A stretch of 64,000 nucleotides of DNA from positions 1 to 64,000 of the forward strand of contig JAWCLG010000003.1 of the NCBI GenBank assembly GCA_038851075.1, read 5' to 3'. The translations under genes were made by a program, and so were the position numbers. Below the pieces are notes generated by a model. It had not been told where the DNA came from. It searched no databases and was given only the letters and a program-made list of their open reading frames with translations. This stretch comes from Candidatus Hadarchaeales archaeon. GTDB taxonomy: Archaea > Hadarchaeota > Hadarchaeia > Hadarchaeales > Hadarchaeaceae. Positions 52,171 through 63,759 of this stretch are shown piece after piece. The first letter of the stretch is position 1. The number at the start of each line of letters is the position of its first letter.

Positions 52171-53019
52171 TTAAGGTTTTACCATGTCCAAACTGATGTC
52201 AATGGCCGGCGCCCGCATTGTTATGTGACCGGAGGAAATTATATCCACCCCTGTCGATGCGAAAGCTGAAATATTTGATGGTTTTATTCCTCCTGAAGCT
52301 TCAAGGATAACATGTGATCTGAGGCCTTCTCTCTTGAGATCCGCAACCGCTTTCCTTATTTCTCCCGGCTTCATGTTATCAAACATTATTATATCTGCCC
52401 CGGCCCGGGCAGCTTCGAGAGCCTCCTTTCTTTTTCTGACTTCGACCTCAACCCTGAGCGAAGGGTAAGCTGCCTTTGCCTTTTTAACCGCCTCCGATAT
52501 GCTTCCTGAAAAGCGAAGATGACTGTCCTTTATAAGAACGTGATCGCTGAGCGTCCACCTGTGAGGAACCCCGCCACCGACAATAACCGCACGCTTGTCA
52601 AAGTAAGTGAGAAGTGGCGCTGTCTTTCTGGTGGCGGCAATCTTAACATTTTTTGATTTATTTCTGGCGAGTTCTACAAGGGCCCTCGTTGCCGTGGCTA
52701 TCCCGCTCATCCGCATCATGAGATTCAGCGCAGTTCTCTCGGCGGCAAGTATGCCTCTGGCAGGCCCTTCGACAACCGCAACCGTCTCTCCCGACTTGAC
52801 TTTCTCACCGTCCTTTTTTCTCGGAAATGCTCTAACACCAAACATTCTGAATATCTCTACAACCTCCGCCAAACCAGCCAGAACTCCGTCCTCATGAACC
52901 ACTATCTCCCCTCTGCCGACAGCCCCAGCACCCACCAGTGCCTTTGAGGTCACGTCCCCAGATCCCAGATCCTCTCTTAGCATCTCCTCCAATTTTCTTC
53001 TTATTTTAGGTTCAACCAT
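52171..53019 (-). CDS. nadC: Quinolinate phosphoribosyltransferase
   Basis: EDLGSGDVT, ERTALN, ATRKT, HR..LSD..LIKDSH, MFDN, EASGGI. Confidence 0.96.
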   Translation of the reverse strand: MVEPKIRRKLEEMLREDLGSGDVTSKALVGAGAVGRGEIVVHEDGVLAGLAEVVEIFRMFGVRAFPRKKDGEKVKSGETVAVVEGPARGILAAERTALNLMMRMSGIATATRALVELARNKSKNVKIAATRKTAPLLTYFDKRAVIVGGGVPHRWTLSDHVLIKDSHLRFSGSISEAVKKAKAAYPSLRVEVEVRKRKEALEAARAGADIIMFDNMKPGEIRKAVADLKREGLRSHVILEASGGIKPSNISAFASTGVDIISSGHITMRAPAIDISLDMVKP

Positions 53020-53950
53020 GTGAAATCCTCCTGGTCAGCCTTATCATTCTCTCGGTAGCAGCCCTCGCCCTTTTAGCTATATCGTCCGGAACCTTCACAA
53101 CATGTTTAAAACCTGCGAGCGATTCGTAGATTTTCTCAAGTGTGGTTCTCTTCATCTGTTCGCAGATGGCGTTTTCCAGCGCAGGGATAAAATCCCTGTC
53201 CGGATAATCCCTTCTCAGCCTTTCTACCATACCGACCTCGGTTGCTATTATGAATCTCCTCGCCGGGGAAACCATGACTCTCTTCACCATCTGACTCGTG
53301 CTGCATATGTGGTCCGCGAGATCCTGCACCCCGGGTTCGCATTCGGGATGCACCAGAACTTCGGCATCAGGGTGCTCCTTTTTTTTCAGCATGATGTCCC
53401 CTGGGGAGAAAATTCTGTGGACGTAGCAGTAGCCATAGTCGGGCAGTGGAATTACCTTCTTTTTCGTGCGCTTCTGAACGAACCATGCAAGGTTGCGATC
53501 CGGACCAAACAAAACTTTATCCTCATCAAGCGCGTTTACGACCTCAGCTGCATTTGCCGATGTGCAGGTGACATCAGCCACAGCGCGCGCCTCTGCGGAT
53601 GTGTTTACGTAAAGAACCACCGCGGCGTCTGGATGTTTTTTCTTTGCCTCACGAACGAGTTGAGCCGGAAGCTGAGCAGCCATGGGGCATTTCGCATCTG
53701 GATCCGTAATCAAAACATTCTTATCCGGGTTTAGGATTGCAGCTGTCTCCGCCATGAAATCAACGCCCGCGAAAACAATAACGTCTGCTTTGACCTCAGA
53801 AGATTTCATCGCAAGCTCAAGTGAGTCTCCGACGAAATCCGCAATATCCTGCACCTCGAGCCTCTGGTAATTATGCGCCAGGACAATTGCGTTTTTCTCC
53901 TCCTTGAGACTTGATATCCGACTGACCAGATCTCTCTTGTCCAAATTCAA
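53012..53950 (-). CDS. nadA: Quinolinate synthase
   Basis: LAHNYQ, GDSLEL, FMAETA, CPMA, YVNTSA, CYVH, HPEC, CEQMK. Confidence 0.96.
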   Translation of the reverse strand: MNLDKRDLVSRISSLKEEKNAIVLAHNYQRLEVQDIADFVGDSLELAMKSSEVKADVIVFAGVDFMAETAAILNPDKNVLITDPDAKCPMAAQLPAQLVREAKKKHPDAAVVLYVNTSAEARAVADVTCTSANAAEVVNALDEDKVLFGPDRNLAWFVQKRTKKKVIPLPDYGYCYVHRIFSPGDIMLKKKEHPDAEVLVHPECEPGVQDLADHICSTSQMVKRVMVSPARRFIIATEVGMVERLRRDYPDRDFIPALENAICEQMKRTTLEKIYESLAGFKHVVKVPDDIAKRARAATERMIRLTRRISHG

Positions 53951-53988
53951 CCCTCAAAAAATAAGGTAGAGGAGAACGTATAAATGTC

Positions 53989-54843
53989 CTATGTGCCCAC
54001 TCTGATGCTCTCTCCGATGTTCTTCAGGGTACGTATTGCCGAAAGCGCTGCAAGATAGCTTGTCCTGCGGCTCTCCGGAAACGGAAGATTATGGGCTTGG
54101 GTAAAAAGAGATCCGAATTTTCCTCTGACCCAGATTTCATGAACATTTCGGCTGATTGTCGGATCTGCGACCACACGCACCCTCGTCCTGTCAAATCCTA
54201 TGCCGGCCAGACTCAGGGTCGCTGCCACATTGACACTTGCCGGAAACGCCTTGACCGCCTCCCTGGCTGGACCTTCGAACACGATCTTGGGCGACTTTAA
54301 ACCTTTCACGGATATCCTGCGGCTCTTCAGATAATCGCTGTAGGCAAGCGCTGAGGGCGGTTTTCTCGTCACAAGCAGGACTTTCTCTATGCCCCCAATC
54401 TGGCTGGCCTTAATTCCGTCTATACCGAGGATAGCTCCCGAAGGGATGTAAACCCTCCTGCCCTTCGCGTCTGCCATCTTTCTCACCCTGCTGAGAAGCT
54501 TTTCATCAGAAAATGCTCCGACGCTCATCACCATCAAATTTTTTCCGCTTTTCAGCACGTCCAGCGAATACTGTCTGACTGCTTCTTGAGACGCGGCCTC
54601 AACGACAAGGTCCAGATTCCTGTCAGAGTATATGTCTCCAGCCGTATTCGCGATCTTCGGCTTTTTTCTCAATTTTTTTGCAAGAGCATCCGATTTTTCA
54701 GGTACTATGTCGTAGAGCCAGCTGAGCCTGACACCTCCAATAACGCCGCTGTCAACAGCCTTTGCCAGAAGCGTGCCTATCGCACCGCATCCTATTATCG
54801 CGATCCTGATATGTACCCCCTCCAAAAAACTAGACACGGACAA
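53989..54843 (-). CDS. nadX: L-aspartate dehydrogenase
   Basis: IGCGAIG, EAASQ, SVGAF, PSGAILGID, FP.SVNVAATL, NVHEI, TSYLA; start uncertain. Confidence 0.93.
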   Translation of the reverse strand: MSVSSFLEGVHIRIAIIGCGAIGTLLAKAVDSGVIGGVRLSWLYDIVPEKSDALAKKLRKKPKIANTAGDIYSDRNLDLVVEAASQEAVRQYSLDVLKSGKNLMVMSVGAFSDEKLLSRVRKMADAKGRRVYIPSGAILGIDGIKASQIGGIEKVLLVTRKPPSALAYSDYLKSRRISVKGLKSPKIVFEGPAREAVKAFPASVNVAATLSLAGIGFDRTRVRVVADPTISRNVHEIWVRGKFGSLFTQAHNLPFPESRRTSYLAALSAIRTLKNIGESIRVGT

Positions 54844-54873
54844 GGTATAATTGTTTTGAGCAGCGTGGAACGT

Positions 54874-56403
54874 TCAGGAGTAATTCTGAAGCGACTGAAC
54901 GGTGGCTGGGCTTTTGGCTGCTCCATTTCCTTTAAACGGATTTATCCCCTCGTCCATGAGCCTGAGGTAGGGCTTGAGAGCACGTTTTAAAACCCGGATT
55001 ATTCCATCCTTGAAAATAATGCCCTTGAGCCCTCTTCCACCAAGATAGTCCTCAGCAAGCTTATCCACCCACCTGAAATCGTGGCGTATGCAGGCCGCCA
55101 TCAGCTGCCAATGATCTGGTCTCATGTCTTTAGCAAGGAAAAACTTCTCGTTACCGAGTCCTCCCAGAGGCACCATGAAAAGCGGGACTACGAGGGACAT
55201 GTAATCGTCAATTCTGTCCAACAGCTCGATGGTTTTCGCCGTATCCTCGGGAGTCTCTCCGGGAAGCCCCATTATGAGCGTGCAGCAGGGCACCCATCGA
55301 TTGTCCGCAAGAACCTTGTGCGCTTCGACGACGACCTCCGGCCACTCCTCCGGTTTAAACGGCAGGGCTTTTCCGCGCATGTGCTTTTCAACTATTCTGG
55401 GTGATCCCGTTTCAAGCCCAACCTGACCGGAGATATAGGAGAGATCCTCGTCGGCCGAGGCGATCATCTCAGTTATTCTTTCGATCAGGCCGGGATTCGC
55501 CATAACTGAAGAAAATGCAAAATGAGATATCCAAACATGAGGGGTCAGCTTCAGGGCCTCTGAAAACAGTCTTATTACTCTCTCCTCGTTTGGGACAAGT
55601 CCATCGGCGCCGTACCTCAGCGTATCCTCGGCATGCAGCAATGCGCCCTCTGCCCCTCCAGCGAGGTTTATCTTTATCTCCTCCGTGATCTTCTCTATGG
55701 GCCTGCACCTGAGCTGTTTAAGGGTCGGAACGCAGAAATGACACCCTTTTCCGCACCCACGTGCGATTTCAACCAGACCGCACACCGTGGGGTTCCTTAT
55801 ATTGGGTATCTTCTCCAGCGGGACCACTTCACCGTGAACCACGCGTGGCACATCTTTTCCCTCCACAGCCCTGCGGAACATCTCGACTCCTGTTATTTCG
55901 CCCTCCCCAACGACGACGCAGTCTATTCCCATCTTAACGGCTATTTTTTCATCTGCCACCTGCCAGGCCCCCGGTCCGCCCACAATGACTTTGGCACCGC
56001 TGGACCTGAGAGCCGGGTCCATGATCAGTTTTCTGAAGAAAAGCGCTGAATACGTCTCTCTGCCGATTATGCTGCTGAAAGTAGAGGAAGCAGGGCCCAG
56101 GCCTAGCGGGTCATTCGCTGTGATCCCAACAACCTTCGTGTCCGGGCCTATAACTTTATCGAGATGCTCGGGATGGGCCACCTTTACATCGAAACCCTGC
56201 TCTAAGAGGGCCGCCTCCATTTTTCTCAAACCGCAAGGGGCGCGCTTTGCTATCCCATTTTCCTTAGGGACCGAAGGACACAGAATTTTTTTGTACAGCC
56301 ACTCGTCGAGCAAAGTCGGAGCGCAGGCCGCAAACCCTAAAAATATTCCCCCACCGTACTCTGACATCAGCGAACGGTCGGCAGTGAGGACTATCTGGCT
56401 CAT
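54874..56403 (-). CDS. B12-binding-type radical SAM protein
   Basis: IVGGPGAWQ, VVGEGE, EIARGCGKGCHFC, GLETGS, GLPGET. Confidence 0.88.
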   Translation of the reverse strand: MSQIVLTADRSLMSEYGGGIFLGFAACAPTLLDEWLYKKILCPSVPKENGIAKRAPCGLRKMEAALLEQGFDVKVAHPEHLDKVIGPDTKVVGITANDPLGLGPASSTFSSIIGRETYSALFFRKLIMDPALRSSGAKVIVGGPGAWQVADEKIAVKMGIDCVVVGEGEITGVEMFRRAVEGKDVPRVVHGEVVPLEKIPNIRNPTVCGLVEIARGCGKGCHFCVPTLKQLRCRPIEKITEEIKINLAGGAEGALLHAEDTLRYGADGLVPNEERVIRLFSEALKLTPHVWISHFAFSSVMANPGLIERITEMIASADEDLSYISGQVGLETGSPRIVEKHMRGKALPFKPEEWPEVVVEAHKVLADNRWVPCCTLIMGLPGETPEDTAKTIELLDRIDDYMSLVVPLFMVPLGGLGNEKFFLAKDMRPDHWQLMAACIRHDFRWVDKLAEDYLGGRGLKGIIFKDGIIRVLKRALKPYLRLMDEGINPFKGNGAAKSPATVQSLQNYS

Positions 56404-56486
56404 GATTTATCCTCCAGCAATATGTACTTTTTATTACATACAAGCGTAGAGATACATTATATATAATCGTTTCCTAAAAAACAACG

Positions 56487-56780
56487 ATGCCCATGAGGCC
56501 AAAGTTTACAGCGAGAGCATCAAACCTTTTCGGAATACGCGGTTGCGGGAGACGGATCATGGAGCTCTTAGAAGAGAGAAGAAGCGGGCTCACGATCACG
56601 GATCTGCTGAAGCTAACAAAAAGATCTGAGCGAAGCATCAGGAAACACATCAAAAGGCTGAAGGAACTCAATTTGATAAAAACCGTTGAGACAAAAACAG
56701 AAAACAACCGCAGAGCCCACCTTTACGTTTCATCCTCTCCGGATGAAGTAATTCTATCTCTAAAAAGACTGTTGGGTTAA
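56487..56780 (+). CDS. Winged-HTH transcriptional regulator upstream of the RND exporter
   Basis: GLTITDL...KRSERSIRKHIKRL.ELNLI. Confidence 0.75.
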   Translation: MPMRPKFTARASNLFGIRGCGRRIMELLEERRSGLTITDLLKLTKRSERSIRKHIKRLKELNLIKTVETKTENNRRAHLYVSSSPDEVILSLKRLLG

Positions 56781-56807
56781 AGATCAGGTCTTTTACGGAG
56801 GGAAACA

Positions 56808-59060
56808 GTGGAGAGGAGATTGTCTGAAATCGCCATCAAAAGGCCATCCCTAACCGTGCTCACCGTGATTCTTGTCACCGTCATCATGACATACGGATTA
56901 AGCAAAGTTTCAATGACGACCGAGTTCAAGGAATTTTTACCAAGCGAATCACCCGCCGTCATCACAACCGAGGAGTTTGAAAACAAGTTCGGAAGTGCAA
57001 CTGAGCTCATCCTCGTAAGGGGCGAAAATGTTCTTGAACCTAGGGTATTTCGTGCAATGCTTGACCTCGAGAACCTGATAAAGACGGAAATCGATAACTA
57101 TGTGGCAAACACGACCTCCTACGCCAGCCTTCTGGCAGAGGGTATTCCCGGAGTTATTGATGAGACTCCGGACTCCAGTCTGGAACTCATTATAACAAGC
57201 GCGTTTTCTGGCCAACAGGCTCCTAGGATGAAGGGCTTTGTAAATGACAACCGAACTGTGGCTCTCATCACAGTGTCAACATCTCCTGGAATGTCAAAAG
57301 ATGAACGAAACAAAAAAACAGAGACCTTCGTGAAGCTCGTGATGGAATTTGATGAAAACAGGGATGAGGTCGAACTGGAGGTTACCGGAGACCTAGTCGT
57401 TAGCAACGAAATTTACGGGCTCATGAACAGAGATAATAAAGTCCTGATTCCGGCTGCAGCTGTTCTCGTCCTTGTCATCCTGATCCTGACATTCAAGAGA
57501 TTTTCAGACATAGGTATATCGCTACTAACCGTCGGACTCAGCGCACTTTATGCGGTTGGGACAATGGGACTTCTCGAGATGAAATTTACGATGATTCACG
57601 TCGCGCTGATACCCCTTATCCTCGGCCTCGGTATCGATTACTCGATCCACATGCTGAACAGATACTATGAGGAACTCGGAAAAAACGGATCGTGCAAAAA
57701 GGCCGTCAGCTCCTCAATAAGAACCACCGGGCTGGCGGTTGTCCTCGCTGCGTTGACAACCATTATCGGTTTTGGATCCTTCATGGCCTCCGAACTTCCT
57801 GCCATAGGAACGCTGGGCGTGTTCGCCGGACTTGGAATAGGGTTCTCATTTCTGCTGGCCACATGCTTCTTGCCGGCCGTACTTGTTCTCCGCGGAGATA
57901 GACCAAGAGAAATAAAGAAAGCGGAGAGAGGCAGAACAATCGACAGGGTGCTCGGCAAGGCCGCCAGAGCATCTGAGACCCATGGAAAATTCCTTGTATG
58001 CGCGGCTGTTCTGGTCACTCTCCTGTGTGCGTTCTGGGCATCCGACGTTTCAACAGAAATGTCCTTCAAAACTTTCCTGCCGTCAGATGTTCCATCCATG
58101 GTCGCGCTGGACCATCTCTCAGATGAATTTGGAGGCAGATATGTGATGGTTGTGCTGGTCCACGGTGACTGCAGGGACCCGAAAGCTCTCCATGACATTT
58201 TCATGGTGGAAAACGCGGCTGCGGAAAGAAGCGAGATTATAACTGGCACGCTCAGCATCGCCGGCACCGTGAAAACCATGGCACAGCAGATATACGGAGA
58301 CGTGCCGCTTGAAAATCTCACAGAGGAGCAAATAGATTCGCTCATAGCGCTTATAGAAAACGAGGAGCTGTCAAAACTCGTCAAGGATAACACATCGGTC
58401 ATATACTTCTACATCAACGCAAAAACCGACAAAGAGATGGCCAGGGCAAGCGGGGTCGTGAGGGATGTTATAATGGAGGAAAACCGTGCTGTCGAGATGA
58501 CCGTTAAAGGGAAACCAGCGGTTGGAGGACTGCCAGTCATAATTGGGGATATATCGGAGTCAATCTCATCGGGAATGATGAGAACCACAATTATTTCAAT
58601 TCTGCTATGCCTTTTGGTCATCGTGCTTGCCCTGAAGTCCGCTGTTCTGGGAATAATTGCGCTGATGCCACTTGTTCTGACAATGGTCTGGGAATTCGGT
58701 GCCCTGAAATTCATGGGATGGTCGCTGGACATTCTCACAATGGGGATATCGTCACTTGTGATAGGGGTCGGAATAGACTATGGAATACACATAGTGCACA
58801 GATTTTTGGAGGAGAGGAGAAAAGGCGGTGAAAGAGCGGCCAGCGTGCATCTCGCGGTAACGCATGTAGGGAGGGCGATTGCAGCTGCGGCCGCTACGAC
58901 GGTCGGAGTATTCGGCGTTCTTGCGCTATCGCGCATGCCCGCCGTGGCGAGATTCGGAACGCTGACCGCGCTGCTGATACTGTTCGCATTTATAGCCGCA
59001 ATCCTTGTCATGCCCTCAATGCTGTCTCTCTGGACAAAAAGAAAGGAAGGTCGTGGCTGA
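56808..59060 (+). CDS. RND/MMPL-family exporter
   Basis: Two repeats, GLGIDYSIH and GVGIDYGIH; about 12 TMs. Confidence 0.92.
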   Translation: MERRLSEIAIKRPSLTVLTVILVTVIMTYGLSKVSMTTEFKEFLPSESPAVITTEEFENKFGSATELILVRGENVLEPRVFRAMLDLENLIKTEIDNYVANTTSYASLLAEGIPGVIDETPDSSLELIITSAFSGQQAPRMKGFVNDNRTVALITVSTSPGMSKDERNKKTETFVKLVMEFDENRDEVELEVTGDLVVSNEIYGLMNRDNKVLIPAAAVLVLVILILTFKRFSDIGISLLTVGLSALYAVGTMGLLEMKFTMIHVALIPLILGLGIDYSIHMLNRYYEELGKNGSCKKAVSSSIRTTGLAVVLAALTTIIGFGSFMASELPAIGTLGVFAGLGIGFSFLLATCFLPAVLVLRGDRPREIKKAERGRTIDRVLGKAARASETHGKFLVCAAVLVTLLCAFWASDVSTEMSFKTFLPSDVPSMVALDHLSDEFGGRYVMVVLVHGDCRDPKALHDIFMVENAAAERSEIITGTLSIAGTVKTMAQQIYGDVPLENLTEEQIDSLIALIENEELSKLVKDNTSVIYFYINAKTDKEMARASGVVRDVIMEENRAVEMTVKGKPAVGGLPVIIGDISESISSGMMRTTIISILLCLLVIVLALKSAVLGIIALMPLVLTMVWEFGALKFMGWSLDILTMGISSLVIGVGIDYGIHIVHRFLEERRKGGERAASVHLAVTHVGRAIAAAAATTVGVFGVLALSRMPAVARFGTLTALLILFAFIAAILVMPSMLSLWTKRKEGRG

Positions 59061-59130
59061 CCACGCAGTTTGACTCGAGCAATCCGAAAATTGCTTAAGC
59101 AAAAGCGGATAATTATTTGAAGGGAGCCTC

Positions 59131-60702
59131 ATGAAGACCATAGCGGATGAGCTGTTCAAGGAGTTCAGAGAACACAGCGTCAGCGAGTTTTTCAGGAAAA
59201 ACGCGGCGATGTTGGGCTACACCGGAAAGATAAGGTCGCTCACAACCATCGTGCATGAAGGTGTGACGAACAGCATCGACTCCGCAGAGGAGTCGAGCAT
59301 ACTGCCCAAGATTTACGTCGCTATAAAAAGAGTTGATGATGATCCAGAGCACCTCAAGGTTATTATAGAGGACAATGCCTCCGGAATACCAGAGCAATAT
59401 ATCCCCGATGTCTTCGGGAAGATGCTTGCGGGAACGAAGCTCCACCGCCACATGCAGCAGCGCGGACAGCAGGGGATCGGCGTGAGCGGAGCGTGCATGT
59501 TCGCCCAGATCACCAGCGGAAAACCGGCGACCGTGATTACATCAACAGGAAACGGTGAAACAACGCGAATGGATGTGATGATCGATGTCGACAAGAACAG
59601 GGGCAAGGTCCTGAAAAGCGAAAAAATTAAGGGCAAATGGCGTGGCACAAGAATTGAACTTGAAGTCAAAGAAGTTGCATACATGCGCTCCAGATACGGT
59701 CCATTCAACTACCTCAGGATGACTGCAATAGCCAATCCACACGTGCACATAACATTTGTGGAGCCAGATGGAGTAATGACCGTTTTCGAGAATGCCGTTG
59801 ACAAAATACCTGACCGCCCTAAACCCATGCCGCTTCATCCATGGGGCATAATGGCGGATGACCTGCTCATGCTCGCCAAGAGAACCAAAGCGAGAACACT
59901 GGTGACTTTCCTGTCAACCGAACTCTCCAGGGTCAGTAAGAATAAAGCGGAGGAGACCTGCAGCATTGCCGGAGTATCACCTGATAAAAAACCCCTCGAG
60001 CTCACATGGGAAGACGCCGAGCGGATAGTTTCCGCTTTCAAAAGGGTTAAACTGCTCGCACCGCCAACATCCGGACTCCGGCCGATCGGTGCATCAGATG
60101 TGGAAAAAGGAATAAAAAAGATACTCAATCCGGAATTCGTTTACGCGTCCACCCGGCCTCCGAGGGTTTACCGCGGGGGTCTGCCATTCATTGTCGAGGC
60201 TGGGATCGCGTACGGAGGAAACGCGGGGAAAACTGCGGAAGGGAAGAACGAAGATGGAGAAGGGGAAACTGGAATGGATTTAATAAGGTTCGCTAACCGC
60301 GCGCCGCTCGTGTTCGACCAAGGAGGATGTGCGATAACCGCCGCGGTCAAAAACATAGACTGGAGGAGATACGGCGTGGATCCAGACAACGCGCCCATCA
60401 CGCTGTTCGTCAATGTCTCGTCGGCATATGTCCCGTACACCTCCGCCGGTAAACAGTCTATAGCTGATGAGCCGGAGGTTATTGAGGAGATAAGGGCGGC
60501 GATAATGGAGGTTGCAAGGGAACTCAGAAAATATCTCTACCGCAAGATAAGGTCCAGGGAAAAACAGGAGCGCGCTGGGGTGTTCGAGCGCTACCTGCCG
60601 GTCATCGCAAAAAAAGCCGCAAGACTGGCAGGTGTGAACGAGCCGAACATCAAACCTCTCCTGAAAAAAATAACCGGTGTGGAATATGACGAAGAAAGAT
60701 AA
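59131..60702 (+). CDS. top6B: DNA topoisomerase VI subunit B
   Basis: [44 protein letters not shown]. Confidence 0.97.
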   Translation: MKTIADELFKEFREHSVSEFFRKNAAMLGYTGKIRSLTTIVHEGVTNSIDSAEESSILPKIYVAIKRVDDDPEHLKVIIEDNASGIPEQYIPDVFGKMLAGTKLHRHMQQRGQQGIGVSGACMFAQITSGKPATVITSTGNGETTRMDVMIDVDKNRGKVLKSEKIKGKWRGTRIELEVKEVAYMRSRYGPFNYLRMTAIANPHVHITFVEPDGVMTVFENAVDKIPDRPKPMPLHPWGIMADDLLMLAKRTKARTLVTFLSTELSRVSKNKAEETCSIAGVSPDKKPLELTWEDAERIVSAFKRVKLLAPPTSGLRPIGASDVEKGIKKILNPEFVYASTRPPRVYRGGLPFIVEAGIAYGGNAGKTAEGKNEDGEGETGMDLIRFANRAPLVFDQGGCAITAAVKNIDWRRYGVDPDNAPITLFVNVSSAYVPYTSAGKQSIADEPEVIEEIRAAIMEVARELRKYLYRKIRSREKQERAGVFERYLPVIAKKAARLAGVNEPNIKPLLKKITGVEYDEER

Positions 60703-61792
60703 ACCGGAAAACGTCCACGCAAGAAAAACTATCGAAAAGCTAGCAGAGCTCGGAAAAACTGTTCTGAGCGATATAGAGAAGGCACAGCCGCCCAAGCTAA
60801 AGATACCATCACGGAGCACATCGAACATAATATACGACGAGAAAAACAGATACTTCGTGCTAGGTCCACGCTACGGCATACGCACAGCGGCCAGCATGAA
60901 ACAGGTGAAAAAGTTCGCACAGCTGCTATGCACTGCGGAGTTTGCCAAAGAGCTCATCGAAAGCTCCAAGTTTGCCACACTGAGGGAGATGTATTACACT
61001 GCGGAGGGCTGGGAGACCGGTCCGTTCCGTGATCAGGGCGAGTCCGATCTAATGGTTGAGGACCTTGAAGCCGTTTTCGGAATAAAGAGGGAGAGCATGG
61101 GGCTTGTTCCTGAAGAGGACGGTGCGGCGGTATACGGCCAGATCACCGTGAGGGAAGGCGACGCTGTGATTGACGCCACGAAAGCAGGTCGGGGGGGTTA
61201 CACCATACCTCCTACGATAGACGATGTGGAGTTCCTGAAGTGCAAAGCGAGGCGCGTCATTGCCATAGAAACTATGGGTATGTACCACAGGTTCGTTCAG
61301 GAGGAAGCGTGGAAAAAATTCGACGCGCTCATAGTGGGGCTGAAAGGTCAGGCCGCGAGGGCGACGAGGAGATTCCTAAAAAGAGTCAACGAAGAATTAA
61401 AGTTGCCTGTATATCTCTTCTGCGACGGAGATCCGTTCGGATACCACATAGGGATGGTTGTGATCTCAGGCAGCGCGAAACTGGCCTATATAAACCACGA
61501 ACTCGCAGTGCCCGATGCCAAGTACATCGGCGTAACGGCAAGCGACATCATAAAGTACGATCTGCCCACCGACAAGCTACGCGAGCTCGACATGGCCCGT
61601 CTAAAACAGCTGCTAAAGGACCCGAGATACAACACGGAGTTCTGGCAGGGTGAAATAAAGAAGATGATGGAGCTCGGCAAAAAAGCTGAGCAGCAGGCTT
61701 TTGCAAAATACGGCCTGGCATACGTGGTCAAGGAGTACCTGCCCGCGAAGCTTAAGGAAGTAGAAGGTCAGGAATTCTTGGGCAAATCCTGA
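60686..61792 (+). CDS. top6A: DNA topoisomerase VI subunit A
   Basis: TLREMYY (catalytic Tyr), Q.ESD, DGDPFG, KAEQQA. Confidence 0.97.
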   Translation: MTKKDKPENVHARKTIEKLAELGKTVLSDIEKAQPPKLKIPSRSTSNIIYDEKNRYFVLGPRYGIRTAASMKQVKKFAQLLCTAEFAKELIESSKFATLREMYYTAEGWETGPFRDQGESDLMVEDLEAVFGIKRESMGLVPEEDGAAVYGQITVREGDAVIDATKAGRGGYTIPPTIDDVEFLKCKARRVIAIETMGMYHRFVQEEAWKKFDALIVGLKGQAARATRRFLKRVNEELKLPVYLFCDGDPFGYHIGMVVISGSAKLAYINHELAVPDAKYIGVTASDIIKYDLPTDKLRELDMARLKQLLKDPRYNTEFWQGEIKKMMELGKKAEQQAFAKYGLAYVVKEYLPAKLKEVEGQEFLGKS

Positions 61793-61793
61793 T

Positions 61794-63650
61794 TCATTTT
61801 GATAGATCTATGACAACGTAGTAAAGGTTTCCCTCAACTTTGTACCTCATCGGATGACCGCACTTTTTAAATATGTGCATCATCTTGGCGTTGTTCACAG
61901 CGACCCAAGCGATGAAGCTCTTGATTCCTTTTTTTGCAGCTATTTCCGTCAGATAATTCAAAAGCCTTGTCCCGAGCCCCCTGTTCTGCCAGTCGTCTCT
62001 CACAAGAAATGAAACCTCTGCAGTGTCAGTCCCTGGAATCTTAACGTAACTTCCAATCCCGACCATCGCCTCAACACCATTTTGCTCGATGACCGCAACT
62101 ATGGCCATCTCATTTTCATAATCCACGGTGACATATGGCCAAACCCTTTTTATTGGCATTGACTTCAGAGACCCAAGAAAACGGGTGTTCACGCTTTCCT
62201 TCGAAAGAGCGTAGAAAAGATGCTGTTTAAGTGTCGCGTCGGAGGTTTTTATCGGTCTCAGGAGAACACGGGTTCCGTCCTGCAAAGACACCACTCTCTT
62301 TAGATCATCAGGATATTCTGCATCAGGGAAAGGAAGGACCTCCTCGGGCACTAACTTTTTTTCCTTTGCCCATTCCAAGAGGTGATTTCTGAACTTTGGA
62401 TGTGCCACGTTAATAAGCGCAAGCGCACGCTCTTTAATCGTCTTTTCCCTCAATGAAGCCACGCCGTATTCGGTGATAACAAAGTCCACGTCTCCCCTCG
62501 TCAGCACCACCCCTGCCCCCTCGCTCAGCGTGGGTTTTATTCTTGAATACTCCCCCTCCTTCGCGGTAGAAGGAAATACCGTTATCGCTTTGCCTCCTCT
62601 TGACCTGATTGCTCCACGAACAAAATCTGCCTGTCCCCCAAGTCCGCTGTAAAACCTGTAACCTATGGAGTCTGCACAAACCTGCCCCGTCAGATCCACC
62701 TCAAGCGCCTGATTTATCGCGACCATCTTATCATGCTGGCTTATCACGAAAGGATCGTTAACGTAATCAGACTCATAGAATTCCACCATCGGATTGTTGT
62801 CTATAAAGTCATAGAGCCTGCGCGTTCCCATCGCAAAGGAAGCGATGATCTTGCCTTTGTTTATTGTCTTTTTCTCGCAGGTGACCACTCCCTCCTCGAC
62901 AAGATCAACCACGCCCTCCGTGAGCAGCTCGGTGTGTATTCCAAGGTCCTTTTTACCTTTAAGCGCCCCAAGAATTGCATTTGGAACCGTTCCGATACCA
63001 ACCTGAAGCGTTGACCCGTCATCGATAAGATCCGAAACATACTTTGCAATCCTATCGGAGACTATATCTCCCTCCGAAGGCTGAAGTTCCAGAATGGGCT
63101 CATCGTGTTCAACGAATGCATCAATCTCAGAAACGTGAACAAAGCTGTCGCCCAGAACCCTAGGCATGTGCCGGTTGACCTGGGCTATTACCAGCTTCGC
63201 GACCTTTGTGGCTGTTTTGGTTATCTCAACTGAAACTCCCAAGCTGCAAAACCCGTGCTCATCTGGAGGAGTAACTTGTATCAAAGCCACATCTATTGGA
63301 ACCATGCCCCTTAAAATGAGTTTAGGGAGCTCTGAAAGAAAAACCGGAGTATAATCCGCCCTGCCTTCGGCCACGGCTTCTCTTGCATTAACTCCAACAA
63401 AAAAGGCGTTTAACCTGAACCTTTCAGAATATCTCGGCTCAGCATAGGGCGCAACTCCAAGTGTATGAACGTGCAGAATTTCATTGTCTGAAAGATGATC
63501 TGCTTTTTCAACAAGACCCCTCACGAGATACTGTGGCTCTCCGCACGCTGACCCTATGAATATATGGTCCCCGGTCTTTACCATGCCTAGGGCCTCAACG
63601 AGACTCATTTTTCTCCTTTCATATGATTCCAGATTGTCACGAGAATCCAA
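61794..63650 (-). CDS. Acetyl-CoA hydrolase/CoA-transferase fused to a C-terminal GNAT acetyltransferase
   Basis: GRADYTP, LQVGIG, HTE, SGLGGQADF, TEYG; C-terminal LRPIK..D, AEVSFLV.DDWQNRGLG, N.KM..IF. Confidence 0.9.
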   Translation of the reverse strand: MDSRDNLESYERRKMSLVEALGMVKTGDHIFIGSACGEPQYLVRGLVEKADHLSDNEILHVHTLGVAPYAEPRYSERFRLNAFFVGVNAREAVAEGRADYTPVFLSELPKLILRGMVPIDVALIQVTPPDEHGFCSLGVSVEITKTATKVAKLVIAQVNRHMPRVLGDSFVHVSEIDAFVEHDEPILELQPSEGDIVSDRIAKYVSDLIDDGSTLQVGIGTVPNAILGALKGKKDLGIHTELLTEGVVDLVEEGVVTCEKKTINKGKIIASFAMGTRRLYDFIDNNPMVEFYESDYVNDPFVISQHDKMVAINQALEVDLTGQVCADSIGYRFYSGLGGQADFVRGAIRSRGGKAITVFPSTAKEGEYSRIKPTLSEGAGVVLTRGDVDFVITEYGVASLREKTIKERALALINVAHPKFRNHLLEWAKEKKLVPEEVLPFPDAEYPDDLKRVVSLQDGTRVLLRPIKTSDATLKQHLFYALSKESVNTRFLGSLKSMPIKRVWPYVTVDYENEMAIVAVIEQNGVEAMVGIGSYVKIPGTDTAEVSFLVRDDWQNRGLGTRLLNYLTEIAAKKGIKSFIAWVAVNNAKMMHIFKKCGHPMRYKVEGNLYYVVIDLSK

Positions 63651-63759
63651 CCTAACCCCCTCCTAACTGATAAATCGGGTGAAATATCAACCTACCGCTA
63701 TCCTGCTTCCGAGGATAATTAAATAATACTCGGACGCCATCCTTTCAGGGGGAAAAAAT